The position numbers and the translations under genes were made by a program. Below the pieces are notes generated by a model. The model ran no database searches, had not been told where the DNA came from, and worked only from the letters and a program-made list of their open reading frames with translations. DNA of 64,000 nt from an uncultured Spirochaetota bacterium. GTDB taxonomy: Bacteria > Spirochaetota > UBA4802 > UBA5550. Shown here piece by piece: positions 21,637 to 31,860 of this stretch. Each line of letters starts with the position of its first letter. The first letter of the stretch is position 1. The stretch covers positions 276,566 to 340,565 of the forward strand of contig CAWHAA010000002.1 in NCBI GenBank assembly GCA_963827275.1. The letters run 5' to 3'.

Positions 21637-22388
21637 GGCCCCTCCAGGGCGCTGTAGAATCCGCGGAGCGTTGCTGCCGGATCATCTGAGGTCATGAGGG
21701 AGGTGCCGATCAGGAAGGCGTCCGCGCCGGCGCGGCTGAAGTTTCGTATGTCATCCGGCGTTTCTATGCCGCTTTCCGCGATTTTCAAAAAATTTCCATT
21801 GAGGGACCCGAGGACGTCCATCGCCTTTTCTTTGTCGATCGCGAACGTGGCAAGGTCGCGGGAATTGACGCCGACCAGCTGGGGGTCCAGGCCCTGTATC
21901 TTTTCAAACTCGTCAGCCGCGTGGATTTCGAACAGGACCTTCATGGAGTAGCGGCGCGCCCTGCGCGAAAGTATCATCAGCTCGCGTGCGGAGAGAACTG
22001 ACGTGATCAGGAGTATGAAGTCTGCGCCGTGCAGGTAGGCGTTGTCCACCTGTATCTCGCTGATGATGAAATCCTTGCAGAGCAGCGGCAGGGCGACGCT
22101 CCCCGAAATGCGCGTCAGGTAATCGAAGCTTCCGCTGAAATAGGTTGCGTCGGTGAGGACGCTCACGGCGCCGGCCCCGCCCGTTTCGTATCGCCGCGCC
22201 CGGTCGACAATGTCCGCACCGGCGTTGATCTCTCCCCGGGTGGGGGAGGACTTCTTGATCTCGGCGATAAACGGCCGCTGCCTGAGGACCGGGCAGGGGT
22301 CCATGACGGCGCGTGTCCGGTGGAACCCGGCGCGCCTGAGGGTCGCTATCTCCTTTCGCTTGTGTTCAAGTATCCGGTCCAGGTACAT
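21627..22388 (-). CDS. trpC: Indole-3-glycerol phosphate synthase
   Basis: IAEIKKSSP, SVLTD, KDFI, GVNSRDL, AESGI. Confidence 0.94.
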   Translation of the reverse strand: MYLDRILEHKRKEIATLRRAGFHRTRAVMDPCPVLRQRPFIAEIKKSSPTRGEINAGADIVDRARRYETGGAGAVSVLTDATYFSGSFDYLTRISGSVALPLLCKDFIISEIQVDNAYLHGADFILLITSVLSARELMILSRRARRYSMKVLFEIHAADEFEKIQGLDPQLVGVNSRDLATFAIDKEKAMDVLGSLNGNFLKIAESGIETPDDIRNFSRAGADAFLIGTSLMTSDDPAATLRGFYSALEGPCS

Positions 22389-22395
22389 GATGCCC

Positions 22396-23406
22396 TCACA
22401 CCGCCGCCTGGCAGGAACTGCCGCTGCCCGCCAGCTCCTGCAGCTTGCGGACGACGGCCCCGGAAGCGATATGCTCTTTCACCGCGAGGTAGCCGTCGCG
22501 CATCCCGCACCGCTCCATGGTGCGGAGCGCCAGGGCCGCGTTCAGCGCGAAGAGGTCGGCGACGCGTCCGTCCGCTCCGGAGATCCCCTCCAGGAAGAGC
22601 TTCTTGGCCTCGCCGCGGTCCTTCACCACCGGCATCGGGAAAGGCTCGAAGAAATCGGACGGGTCGATGCTGAAATTACGACTGTTCCCGTCGCCGATAT
22701 AAATGCACTCGGTCGTGTCCTTCGAGGAGACCTCGTCGTAGCCGTCCTTCGACGCATACAGCGTGATATTTTTCCTGCCGATTTTCCGCACCACCTGCGC
22801 GAGGAATTCCAGCCGGTCTTTCCGGTTGATGCCGATGACCTGGTACTCGGGGTCCGCCGGGTTGATGAGGGGGCCCACGAAGTTGAAGATGGTGGGAACC
22901 CTGAGCTCCCGCCGCACCCTGCCGATTCCCTTCAGCGCCGGGTGATAGCTGGGCGCGAGCATGAAGACGTAGCCGTGTTTCGTGAAAAATTCCTCCGGTG
23001 ATGATCCCCCGTAGTTCAGGTCCATCCCGAGGTCGGCGAGGATGTCGGCGGACCCGACCACGCCGCTCTGGGCGGTGTTCCCGTGCTTGACCACGCGGCA
23101 GCCGAGCGATGAAAGGATGATGCTCACCGCGGTCGAGACGTTGACCGTTGATTTTCCGTCGCCGCCGGTGCCGCAGGTATCGATGGTGCCGGTTGAGGCG
23201 GACGGGAACACGCGTTTGTGTGCGTCCAGCGTCAGGGCCAGGGCGGCGACCTCGTCCACGGTCTCGCGGCGTATCTTGATGGCGATGAGCGACGAGGCGA
23301 TCTGGGAATCGGGCATCCCCCCGCCGACCATCCCCTCGAAAAAACGGAGCCCTTCGTCGAAGCTGAGCCGCTCCCCTGAGTTGACTTTTTTTACCAGTGT
23401 GTCCAT
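22396..23406 (-). CDS. trpD: Anthranilate phosphoribosyltransferase
   Basis: DTCGTGGDG, NVST, KHGN, GSADIL, PTIFN..GPL.NP. Confidence 0.94.
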   Translation of the reverse strand: MDTLVKKVNSGERLSFDEGLRFFEGMVGGGMPDSQIASSLIAIKIRRETVDEVAALALTLDAHKRVFPSASTGTIDTCGTGGDGKSTVNVSTAVSIILSSLGCRVVKHGNTAQSGVVGSADILADLGMDLNYGGSSPEEFFTKHGYVFMLAPSYHPALKGIGRVRRELRVPTIFNFVGPLINPADPEYQVIGINRKDRLEFLAQVVRKIGRKNITLYASKDGYDEVSSKDTTECIYIGDGNSRNFSIDPSDFFEPFPMPVVKDRGEAKKLFLEGISGADGRVADLFALNAALALRTMERCGMRDGYLAVKEHIASGAVVRKLQELAGSGSSCQAAV

Positions 23407-23408
23407 GG

Positions 23409-23996
23409 TTATGCCCCCTGCCGGTATTCCGCCGGCCGGGCGCACCCGGCGGCGTACTCGAGAAAATTGCGGACGATCTGCCCGCCGTACTCGCTCAAGA
23501 TCGATTCGGGGTGGAACTGCACACCGAAGAACATCCGTTCCGGGTCCTCTATCGACATCACCGTGCCGTCGTCCTCCGACCGCGCGGTGACAAAGCGCCC
23601 GTCGATGTCGACCGCCAGCGAATGGTAGCGCACCGCGGAGAAGCGGTCCGGCATGCCGGCGAACAGGACCGATTGCTTCGTCACCGCGATCCGGTCGAGC
23701 TTGCCGTGCTTCACGGTGCGCGCGCCGACGATCCCGTAGCCGAGTGAATAGGCCAGGGACTGCATTCCCAGGCACACGCCGAACATCGGCATGCGGCCAA
23801 GGTAATCAGCGATGTAGCGCAGGGTGGTGCCGGCGTTTTTGGGCGAGGACGGGCCGGGGGAAAGGATCAGGCCCTCGTAACGGTCCGCCGGGACAAACAC
23901 ATTGTTTTTTATGACCGCGACCTCCGCCCCGTTCTGATTGAAGAGGGCGAGCAGGTTATAGGTGAAGGAATCGTAGTTATCGATCAGTAAATACAT
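23409..23996 (-). CDS. trpG: Anthranilate synthase component II
   Basis: IDNYDSFTYN, SPGP, GVCLGMQ, RYHSL, GVQFHPES. Confidence 0.94.
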   Translation of the reverse strand: MYLLIDNYDSFTYNLLALFNQNGAEVAVIKNNVFVPADRYEGLILSPGPSSPKNAGTTLRYIADYLGRMPMFGVCLGMQSLAYSLGYGIVGARTVKHGKLDRIAVTKQSVLFAGMPDRFSAVRYHSLAVDIDGRFVTARSEDDGTVMSIEDPERMFFGVQFHPESILSEYGGQIVRNFLEYAAGCARPAEYRQGA

Positions 23997-25455
23997 TTTT
24001 TTTCTCCAGGGTGTGAATTTTTTTGATGGCCTGAAACATGGCTCCCAGCTTGTTTCCCACCTCCCCGTATTCCTTTTCCGGGACGCTGTCGTACACGATG
24101 CCTGCGCCGGCGCGGACGATCACCCGGTCGCGCGTGACATACGCGCTCCGTATTATGATGCAGGTGTCGATGTCCTGACTGTATGAAAAATACCCGGCGC
24201 ATCCCGCGTAAAATCCGCGCGGCGACTTTTCGTGCCGGTCGATCAGCTCCATGGCCCTGACCTTGGGCGCGCCGGACACGGTGCCGGCGGGAAAGGTGTT
24301 GCAGAAGAGCCGGAGGGGCGAGATGTCCTCGCGCATGCGGCCGCGCACCTCGGAGACGATGTGAATGAGATGTGAGTAGACCTCCGGCTGGAACGAGCTC
24401 ACCACCTCGACCGAATCGGGAGCGCACCCGGTGTAGAGGTCGTTGCGGGCCAGGTCGAGGAGCATGAGGTGCTCGGCGCGCTCCTTCTCGTCCGAAAGGA
24501 GGCCGGCGGTTATCGTCTCGACGGGCCTGCCGTCAAGCCGGTACGTGCCCGCGATCGGCTTCAGGGTTGCGACCCGGTCCTCGATCTTCAGGTGAATCTC
24601 GGGTGAGGTGCCGCACAGTACGTCATCGCCTGACTTGATGTAGAACATGTAGGGAGACGGATTGATGTTGCGGAGAAGGCGGTACAGGCTGATGGGGTTC
24701 ACCGCGCAGGCGATCTCGTACCTGTTGGAGAGGACCGCCTGGATGCATTCCCCGGCGATGATCTCGTCCCTGAGGGTCTCCACCGCGCCGATGAACGATT
24801 CACGGTCGAATTCCTGCGTCTGTTCCACGTCGCCGCCGGGCAGAAAGAATTTCGTGCGGCTGTAGAGTATCTCCGCGGCCATCGCCATCGTGCGGTCTTC
24901 GGCGGCGCGGTAGGCGGCATCCGGATCGGGGCCGGCGGGGGCCGAACAGGCGGCGTAGAGCCTGCCCATGCGGTTATCAAATACGTAGAATTCATCGACC
25001 TGGAAAAAGAGCATGGACGGGTAGGCGGTATCTTCCCGCACCGGCTCCCTGAGGACCCCCATGTAATTTACCATGTCATACCCGATGTAGCCGACATAGC
25101 CGCCGCAGAAATTTCCCATGTCCGCGTTCTTGTTCGACCGCTCTCCCTCCAGCTCCCGGGCGAGGTAATCGAGCGGGTTCGCGTCGATACGCTCGACGCC
25201 CCGCTCCCGGGACTCGACGGTCAGGATCCCGGCGCGGAACGTGATGGTCCTCCGGGGCCGGATTCCGAAAAAGGTATAGCGGGAAAAGCTTTTGTCCAGG
25301 TTCGCGCTCTCCAGGAGAAAAAGGCGGTCGGCGTCGGAAAAATTATTCAGCAGGCTGATCGGCGTCACGCAGTCCCCCGCGATCTCCCGGTACACCACCA
25401 CGCGGCTGAAATCCCGCGAAAGCTCCCTGAATTCATCTAATGTAGGATATATCAT
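23977..25455 (-). CDS. trpE: Anthranilate synthase component I
   Basis: FLLES, NPSPY, SPE, PIAGT, KERAEHLMLLDLARND, FPAGTVSGAPK. Confidence 0.95.
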   Translation of the reverse strand: MIYPTLDEFRELSRDFSRVVVYREIAGDCVTPISLLNNFSDADRLFLLESANLDKSFSRYTFFGIRPRRTITFRAGILTVESRERGVERIDANPLDYLARELEGERSNKNADMGNFCGGYVGYIGYDMVNYMGVLREPVREDTAYPSMLFFQVDEFYVFDNRMGRLYAACSAPAGPDPDAAYRAAEDRTMAMAAEILYSRTKFFLPGGDVEQTQEFDRESFIGAVETLRDEIIAGECIQAVLSNRYEIACAVNPISLYRLLRNINPSPYMFYIKSGDDVLCGTSPEIHLKIEDRVATLKPIAGTYRLDGRPVETITAGLLSDEKERAEHLMLLDLARNDLYTGCAPDSVEVVSSFQPEVYSHLIHIVSEVRGRMREDISPLRLFCNTFPAGTVSGAPKVRAMELIDRHEKSPRGFYAGCAGYFSYSQDIDTCIIIRSAYVTRDRVIVRAGAGIVYDSVPEKEYGEVGNKLGAMFQAIKKIHTLEKKNVFTDR

Positions 25456-25510
25456 CACCCGTTCCTCTCCGTCACGCGGTTTGTGCCGCGTCTGTTGTTT
25501 CCGGCCTGCG

Positions 25511-25549
25511 GACAAAAAAAGTGCGGCCGGCCGCCGCACTTTTTTTGTC
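25511..25549 (-). terminator. trp attenuator terminator hairpin
   Basis: GACAAAAAAAGTGCGGC...GCCGCACTTTTTTTGTC between leader and trpE. Confidence 0.85.
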
Positions 25550-25571
25550 GCACACATGACGTCCCGCCTGT

Positions 25572-25637
25572 CTATTGAAAGGTGTCTCCCCGCCACCACC
25601 AGGGCGCGGCAATCGTTATAGAGGCGTGTTTCATCAT
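25572..25637 (-). CDS. trpL: trp operon leader peptide
   Basis: MMKHASITIAAPWWWRGDTFQ* with three tandem TGG codons; alternative in-frame ATG at 25646. Confidence 0.88.
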   Translation of the reverse strand: MMKHASITIAAPWWWRGDTFQ

Positions 25638-25915
25638 TTCATCCATCGTTATTTTACAATATGTTTCTTTAAATAGAAACATAGTTACTATGTATAGAAA
25701 CATCGTAATAACGTCAATAAAAAATTTAAAAAATTTTATTTTTTATTCTTTTTTTCGCAGGCGGTGCCTGCATGGTAGGGGCAGGAAGCGCAGGCATCGG
25801 GGGTGCAACCGCCGTCAGGACCGCGCCTGCGGAAAAAACGGTAGAGCTTTACCGCGGCGGCCGCGGCGGCAAGGAGGACCAGCAGTATGACGATTACGGT
25901 CTGAACCATGTTCAC

Positions 25916-28441
25916 CTACATTAAAAGCGAGCCTGCCTGGTGGATGATGAAGGCGGCGATCCACGCGAGGCCGATTGAAAATACGGCGGATAACGCAGGC
26001 CATTTCCAGCTCCCCGACTCCCGCCGCATGGTGGCCAGGGTCGCCATGCAGGGCACATACAGCAGCACGAAGACCATGTAGCCGAGCGCTGCAAGGGGAC
26101 CGAAGACCCTCTGGCCGGCCCGCGGGCCTGATTCGTAGCGCTGTTCCCTGATCGTGGTCGCAAGAGAATGGCGGCCGTCGCGGCCGTCGCCGTGATAGAG
26201 AATGCCCAGGGTGCTTACCGCGATCTCCTTCGCGGCCAGGCCGGCGATAAGGCTCACGCCCATCTTCCAGTCAAAGCCGAGCGGGGCCATCACCGGCTCG
26301 GCCATCTTACCGATTGCGCCGATGAAGGAGCGCTCCAGGCGCTGTTTTTCCGCGTCATGCGCGGCTGCCGCCGCGGCATTGTCCGCGGCGCCGCGCGCTA
26401 CCGCGTCGGACGCCGGTTGGTAGCGTTCCTCCGCCGCCTCCACCATCGCGTCGAAATTATTAATAATATGCAGGTCGGCCGGGAAGCGGCTGAGCGCCCA
26501 GATCAGCACCGCGGCGATCAGGACGATGCCCCCTATCTTCCTTAAATATTCCATGCCGCGCTCCCACATGTGGCGGAGAGTGTTCCTGATGCGGGGCGCG
26601 CGGTAGGGCGGGAGCTCCATGACGAAGGGGACCTCCGCCCTGCGGAACAGGGTCTTCTTCATCACCATGGCGACGGAGACCGCGACGGCGATACCGGTCA
26701 GGTAGAGCGCGAAGAGCACGGTGGCCGCGTGCGCGGGGAAGAAGGCGCCGATGAAAAGCAGGTAGATCGGCAGCCGCGCGCTGCATGACATGAAGGGGAT
26801 GATCAGCATGGTAAGTATGCGGTCCTTTCTGCTCTCCAGGGTGCGGGTGGCCATGATCGCCGGGACGTTGCACCCGAACCCCATGAGCAGCGGGATGAAC
26901 GACTTCCCGTGCAGGCCGATGGCGTGCATCAGGCGGTCCATGATGAAGGCGGCGCGGGCCATGTAGCCGGTGTCTTCCATGAGCGATATCATGAAAAAGA
27001 GGATCAGGATGCTCGGGACGAAGACAATAACGCCGCCGACGCCGGCGATGATCCCGTCGACGAGGAGCTCCCGCAACAGGCCCGGCTGCAGCGATGAGGC
27101 GACAAAGGCGGAGAGGTGGCCGACGCCCGCCTCGATCCAGTTCATGGGGTGCTGTCCCACTGCGAAGGTAAGCTGGAAGGTGGCCCACATGAACAGGAAG
27201 AAGATCGGCAGCCCGAACACCTGGTGCGTCAGAAAGCGGTCGATTTTTTCGCTGGGCGTGACCGCCGGCCGCGCCGCGGGGCGGTAGGTCTCCCTGAGGG
27301 CGCCGGCGATAAACCCGTACCGCGCGTCGGCGAGAAGGGTCGCGGTGTCCTCTTTCAGCGCCGATTCAAGCTCGCCGATATGCTTCCGCGCCAGGCTGAC
27401 CGCGTCGCACCCGGCCGGCCCGGAGGCGGCGAAATGGTCCTCCATTGCCGAGTCTTTTTCCAGGAGCTTGACCGCTGCATAGCGAGGGGTGACCGCGCTG
27501 CCCCGCGCCTCGGACACCGCCGCGCTATTCTGTACCGCGGCGATCGCCTTTTCCACGTCCGCGCCGTAGTTGATGTTAATGGCGCGCGTGACCTCGTTCC
27601 GGTCCTGGTGCACCGCGATGATCGCGTCGAACAGCCCGTCAAAGCCGACGCCGGCGTGGCCTATCGTGGGGATGAAGGGTATGCCGAGGAGTTTCCCGAG
27701 GGTCTCATGGTCGAGATAATCCCGCTTCTTTTCAAGCTCGTCGTACATGTTAAGGGCCACGACAACTTTCAGGCCCATCTCTATCAGCTGCGCGGTCAGG
27801 TAAAGGTTCCTCTCGAGGTTCGCCGCGTCGATGATGTTTACGATAACGTCGGGCCTGTCCTCGATGATATGCTTTCTGACAAAAAGCTCCTCAGGCGAAT
27901 ACGCGGTCATCGAGTAGGTGCCGGGGAGGTCGGTGACATGGAAGGTGTGCCCGCTGCGGATGAAGCGCGCCTCCTTCGCCTCGATGGTGACCCCGCCGTA
28001 GTTCCCGACCCGCTCCTGCGAGCCGGAGAGCTGGTTGAAGATGCTCGTCTTCCCGCTGTTCGGGTTGCCCACCAGCGCCACCCGTATGGCTCCGGGACGG
28101 GTGTTCGTGTCCTGCCTGCCCTTCCCGCCGCGGTAGCGGCCGCCGGGACGCTCCCGCATCCGCCGCGGACCGCCGGTGGCGTCCCCTGTGGAATCATCGG
28201 CGCAGACCGGCGCGCGCTCCAGGACATCGACATCGATCAGCGCGGCTTCCTTTCTCCTGAGGGAGATGTTGTAATCGAGTATCTTGTATTCAATCGGGTC
28301 ACGCATCGGGGCGTTTTTTATCACCGTGACCGTCTTGCCCTTTACAAATCCCATTTCGGTGATGCGCTTGCGAAAGGGCCCGCTGCCCCTGACGCGCCTG
28401 ATAACGCCTTTCTGACCGTTTTTTAATTCAGCAAGATTCAT
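25916..28441 (-). CDS. feoB: Ferrous iron transporter B with N-terminal FeoA fusion
   Basis: FeoA SH3-like N-terminus (EMGF..G..V.V.KNAP.RDP), GNPNSGKT, DLPGTYS, NMYD, GFGCNVPA, CSARLP. Confidence 0.95.
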   Translation of the reverse strand: MNLAELKNGQKGVIRRVRGSGPFRKRITEMGFVKGKTVTVIKNAPMRDPIEYKILDYNISLRRKEAALIDVDVLERAPVCADDSTGDATGGPRRMRERPGGRYRGGKGRQDTNTRPGAIRVALVGNPNSGKTSIFNQLSGSQERVGNYGGVTIEAKEARFIRSGHTFHVTDLPGTYSMTAYSPEELFVRKHIIEDRPDVIVNIIDAANLERNLYLTAQLIEMGLKVVVALNMYDELEKKRDYLDHETLGKLLGIPFIPTIGHAGVGFDGLFDAIIAVHQDRNEVTRAININYGADVEKAIAAVQNSAAVSEARGSAVTPRYAAVKLLEKDSAMEDHFAASGPAGCDAVSLARKHIGELESALKEDTATLLADARYGFIAGALRETYRPAARPAVTPSEKIDRFLTHQVFGLPIFFLFMWATFQLTFAVGQHPMNWIEAGVGHLSAFVASSLQPGLLRELLVDGIIAGVGGVIVFVPSILILFFMISLMEDTGYMARAAFIMDRLMHAIGLHGKSFIPLLMGFGCNVPAIMATRTLESRKDRILTMLIIPFMSCSARLPIYLLFIGAFFPAHAATVLFALYLTGIAVAVSVAMVMKKTLFRRAEVPFVMELPPYRAPRIRNTLRHMWERGMEYLRKIGGIVLIAAVLIWALSRFPADLHIINNFDAMVEAAEERYQPASDAVARGAADNAAAAAAHDAEKQRLERSFIGAIGKMAEPVMAPLGFDWKMGVSLIAGLAAKEIAVSTLGILYHGDGRDGRHSLATTIREQRYESGPRAGQRVFGPLAALGYMVFVLLYVPCMATLATMRRESGSWKWPALSAVFSIGLAWIAAFIIHQAGSLLM

Positions 28442-28495
28442 TATTTTTTCATAACTGCATACATTAATATTAGAAAAAAATACAACAAAAATAAG

Positions 28496-28535
28496 TTAGA
28501 TGCAACTAATTTATTTAGAATAATCTAAATAAATT
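28496..28535. promoter_or_regulatory. Tandem TTAG-N6-CTAA palindromic operator upstream of feoAB
   Basis: TTAGATGCAACTAA (28496-28509) overlapping AATTTATTTAGA-ATAA-TCTAAATAAATT (28508-28535, 12-bp perfect arms). Confidence 0.7.
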
Positions 28536-28654
28536 TTTCAGACTGCACGAGAGCTTCCCGAAACACCATCGAAAAGGCCCCCGGGTAATTATTATGTCAC
28601 AGAAGGGGCGGTTCGGTCGATAATAGTATCAATAACATTTCCATCGATGGCGGA

Positions 28655-30208
28655 ATGGACAGTAACGGCATCACATACAGGATAGAAAAATCACGGGGCG
28701 GGGCTGACACCCTCATTGTCACGGCAGGGGGGAGGGACGTGCCGCTCCACAGCAGGGTGGACCCGGAACGCGAGTCCGGGGCCTTCAGGGACCGGCTTGA
28801 CCCCGGGCGCTATGACCTCGTCATCGCCCTGGGGGTGGGGCTCGGCTATCACCTGCTCCCGGCCAGGGAGCGCCTGGACGAATATTACCACCTGGTCCTC
28901 GTGGACGCGCTGCCGGGGCTTGAAGGCCCCCTGCGGCAGAACCCCCTGACATCATTCCTGCTTGGATCGCCGCGGGTCACCCTGCTTTCGGGAAGGCCCG
29001 CGGGCGACGTAGCGGCGTTCCTGTCAGGGATCATCGACCTGGACCTGGTGCGCGGCATTTCCGTGATAGAACACCCGGCGTCCCTGCGCCTCTTCGGGGA
29101 CTATTACGCGGGCATAAAAAAATCGATCGACGACATGGTCACCGTCAGGGCGGGTAACAGGGCCACGCGGCAGGCGTTCGGGCCGCTGTTTATGAGGAAC
29201 ATCCTGAAAAATTTTGAACGGCTCGGTGAGGCCCTGCCCGTGCGGGACCTCTTCGGCGCGTTCGCAGGTTTCCCCGCGGTGATTGCCGGTTCCGGGCCCT
29301 CGCTCGGCGGCGATATCGGGGCCCTCGCGCGGCACCAGGACAGGATGTTCATCGTGGCCGCCGATTCGGCGCTCCCCGTCCTGCGCGGGAGCGGCATCGC
29401 GCCGGACATCGTCGTCACCATCGACCCCCAGCCGTACGTGCGCGAGCACTTCATGGCGGCTGACGCGGGCGACGCGATCCGCGTGTTTTCGATAACCTCC
29501 CACCCCTCGGTCATGGCACCCGGGGCAGGATACCTCTCGCTGAACTCGCACCCGTTCGCGCAGCTTGCCGATGAGGCCTACGGCGGCTCGATCGGCTCGA
29601 TAGACTCGGCGACCGGGAACGTGGCGGGCGACGCGCTCGATCTCTGCCTGAAATGCGGCTTTTCCGCCGTCGGCATCACGGGGTTCGATTTTTCGTTCCC
29701 GGATTTCGAGATTTACGCCAGGGGCACGGCCTACCAGAGGCGGTACGGGACCTATTTCCAGGACAGGCTCGATACCGTCGAGGGGTGGAACGCGCGCTAT
29801 ATCCGCAAGAACAGCGGCGGGCTTCGCCAGGCGGGGAGGTTCACCAGGAGGTCCTTCCTCCATTACCGGCAGGCGCTCGAGGACTATGTCAGGAAGAGCG
29901 GCGTGCAAAACCTCCATTCCCTCAACGACCGGGGCCTCCCGGTCCCCGGCGTCCGGGTGACGGGCGTTGACAAATTCATGGATGCGTTCTGCGCTGACGC
30001 CATCGAAAAAAAGGGGATGATGGGGCCGGTGCGTTCGCGCGGGCGGAAGATAGGGTCCGGTCCGATCAGGGAGGCCCTCCGCATGGCCGCAGGCGGCCCG
30101 CTCATGGATGAACTGCTGGCCGCGTCCCTCGGCGGCGCGGGGGCCCGGCAGATGAAGCGATACCGGGAGATGGCCGGGGTCCTGGCCCTTACGGCGGGCG
30201 GAAAATAA
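28655..30208 (+). CDS. Motility-associated factor (Maf/DUF115) family protein
   Basis: LHSRVDPERE, LGVGLGY, AGSGPSL, AADSA, TIDPQ, GFDFSF. Confidence 0.85.
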   Translation: MDSNGITYRIEKSRGGADTLIVTAGGRDVPLHSRVDPERESGAFRDRLDPGRYDLVIALGVGLGYHLLPARERLDEYYHLVLVDALPGLEGPLRQNPLTSFLLGSPRVTLLSGRPAGDVAAFLSGIIDLDLVRGISVIEHPASLRLFGDYYAGIKKSIDDMVTVRAGNRATRQAFGPLFMRNILKNFERLGEALPVRDLFGAFAGFPAVIAGSGPSLGGDIGALARHQDRMFIVAADSALPVLRGSGIAPDIVVTIDPQPYVREHFMAADAGDAIRVFSITSHPSVMAPGAGYLSLNSHPFAQLADEAYGGSIGSIDSATGNVAGDALDLCLKCGFSAVGITGFDFSFPDFEIYARGTAYQRRYGTYFQDRLDTVEGWNARYIRKNSGGLRQAGRFTRRSFLHYRQALEDYVRKSGVQNLHSLNDRGLPVPGVRVTGVDKFMDAFCADAIEKKGMMGPVRSRGRKIGSGPIREALRMAAGGPLMDELLAASLGGAGARQMKRYREMAGVLALTAGGK

Positions 30209-30308
30209 TGGTTTCCTGCCTTAAATTTATTTAATTGTAAAAAATCATTCGGCCGATCATGTAATTGTATATTCAGTATTGCGATAATTCTGAAAGGCAG
30301 GTCGTTGT

Positions 30309-31178
30309 ATGGAACAATTTGACATTCCCCACCAGAGGGTAAAGGAAAAAAACATGTATATGCTCAACCTTGACGCGCCGAGGATCGTTTTGATCGTGGC
30401 GGCCGTCATCGGCATCGTCGTTGTATCATTCCTTCTGGGCATGAATTTCATCAGGGGAGGCGAAGGCGCGAAGACCCTCCTGACAAAAAATGATATTTTC
30501 GACAGTCAGAAAGAGCTTGATCTGCTGAAGACCACGATACCGCCCGCGCCCGACGAGGACGAGCTGTCAAAGCCCCTTGACGACAGCCTGGGCGCTCTCG
30601 AAAAAGAGGACCGCGGCGCCGTCATAAAGGGCGACCCTGACACCGCCGGCGCGGAAAAGCACGCGCGGGATGACCTGGCAGCGATTGACGGGAACGAATC
30701 ATCGAACACCCTGACGAGCGACAATGTCAGCCAGACCGTGGCGGTGAGGAAGCCGGCGGTTAAAAAATCCTCACGGCCGGACGATGATGAAAAACAGCTG
30801 TCACGCTCCGATGACGTGGAGCCTTCATTAAAACACGTCAGAAAAGCCACGGTCAGGGGCGATGTGAAAAAGAAAAAGAGCGGCAGGTCAAAGGTGGTCG
30901 CGGTTTCCGGGGACAGGATGGAATATTCGAAAGTGAACGGCTCCGGCGGGTACACGATACAGGTCGCGTCGCTGGACAACAAGAGCCGCGCCCAGACCGA
31001 AGTCCGCTCCCTGAGGGAGATGAGCTATGACGCGTATCTCGACGACACGCAGGTGAACGGAAAGAGGTTTTACCGCGTGCGCATCGGGCCGGTCGCTTCC
31101 AGGAAAAAGGCGCTGGACCTCCTGAATGATTTCCAGGGAAAGGACCGGTACCGCGAAAGCTACATGGTGCGCGAATAG
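30309..31178 (+). CDS. SPOR domain cell-division-type protein
   Basis: Single TM, charged linker, YTIQVASL...YRVRIGP. Confidence 0.88.
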   Translation: MEQFDIPHQRVKEKNMYMLNLDAPRIVLIVAAVIGIVVVSFLLGMNFIRGGEGAKTLLTKNDIFDSQKELDLLKTTIPPAPDEDELSKPLDDSLGALEKEDRGAVIKGDPDTAGAEKHARDDLAAIDGNESSNTLTSDNVSQTVAVRKPAVKKSSRPDDDEKQLSRSDDVEPSLKHVRKATVRGDVKKKKSGRSKVVAVSGDRMEYSKVNGSGGYTIQVASLDNKSRAQTEVRSLREMSYDAYLDDTQVNGKRFYRVRIGPVASRKKALDLLNDFQGKDRYRESYMVRE

Positions 31179-31186
31179 CGCGTGAT

Positions 31187-31219
31187 AAAAAAAGCAGGCC
31201 TGGCAGCCTGCTTTTTTTT
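31187..31219. terminator. Bidirectional terminator
   Basis: A7-GCAGGC-loop-GCCTGC-T8 between convergent genes. Confidence 0.85.
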
Positions 31220-31249
31220 ATGGGCCGCGCTCCCGCGCGATGGCCTGGT

Positions 31250-31654
31250 TCAGTAGATATTGTCCTTGATGAGCATCTCTTCCAGCTCGTCCCCCTTTGC
31301 GGCGATAAACGAGAGTGATTTCATGAAGCGGACGGGGTCGCAGTCTTTCAGCAAAATGCTGTCGCGCAGGATCAGCGTGTCGTTCAGCAGCGATATTGAG
31401 CCGTAATCGAGCGTGGTGTTGAGCTGGAGGCAGTACTTGTACAGCTCGCACAGGTCCTGTTTGAGCTTGCCGATTATGGAATAGTAGTTTATCATCCGGT
31501 CCCCCGACTCGTCCTTGGTGAGGGTGATGAGGACTTCCTGCGAGCGGTTGTTGTCGAACTCGATGTGCGTCGTGTAGCTGCCCTGCGCGTCCTTGTGAAA
31601 GCGTATCTTGAATTCACTCGCGATGGCTGATATAAACCCGTCGAAAACTTCCAT
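31250..31654 (-). CDS. YbjN / type III chaperone-like small protein
   Basis: 134 aa, RSQEV...LQLN...GS...IAAKGDELE pattern; GAGG RBS. Confidence 0.6.
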   Translation of the reverse strand: MEVFDGFISAIASEFKIRFHKDAQGSYTTHIEFDNNRSQEVLITLTKDESGDRMINYYSIIGKLKQDLCELYKYCLQLNTTLDYGSISLLNDTLILRDSILLKDCDPVRFMKSLSFIAAKGDELEEMLIKDNIY

Positions 31655-31860
31655 TATAGGACCTCGTGCTCCCGCTGGTATCGATAGACCGCGGCGGCGC
31701 CGGCCGAAAGCCGGTATGACGCTGAATATCACCGCTCCCGCATCATCTACGGTAAGTATGGACGATAAACATATTAAGTCAAGAAATAAGTGTGAAAAAT
31801 CCTTGAAAAATAATGATTCCCGCTGTTGAGTGTCTCTAATTTCTTGAAGGACCTCATCAT

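Noticed and set aside
27116..28426. Long antisense and alternate-frame ORFs (also 37391-38761, 46718-47755, Pro-rich ORFs at 50800-55400)
   Set aside because: Shadows of GC-rich or Gly-rich coding strands with no recognisable motifs
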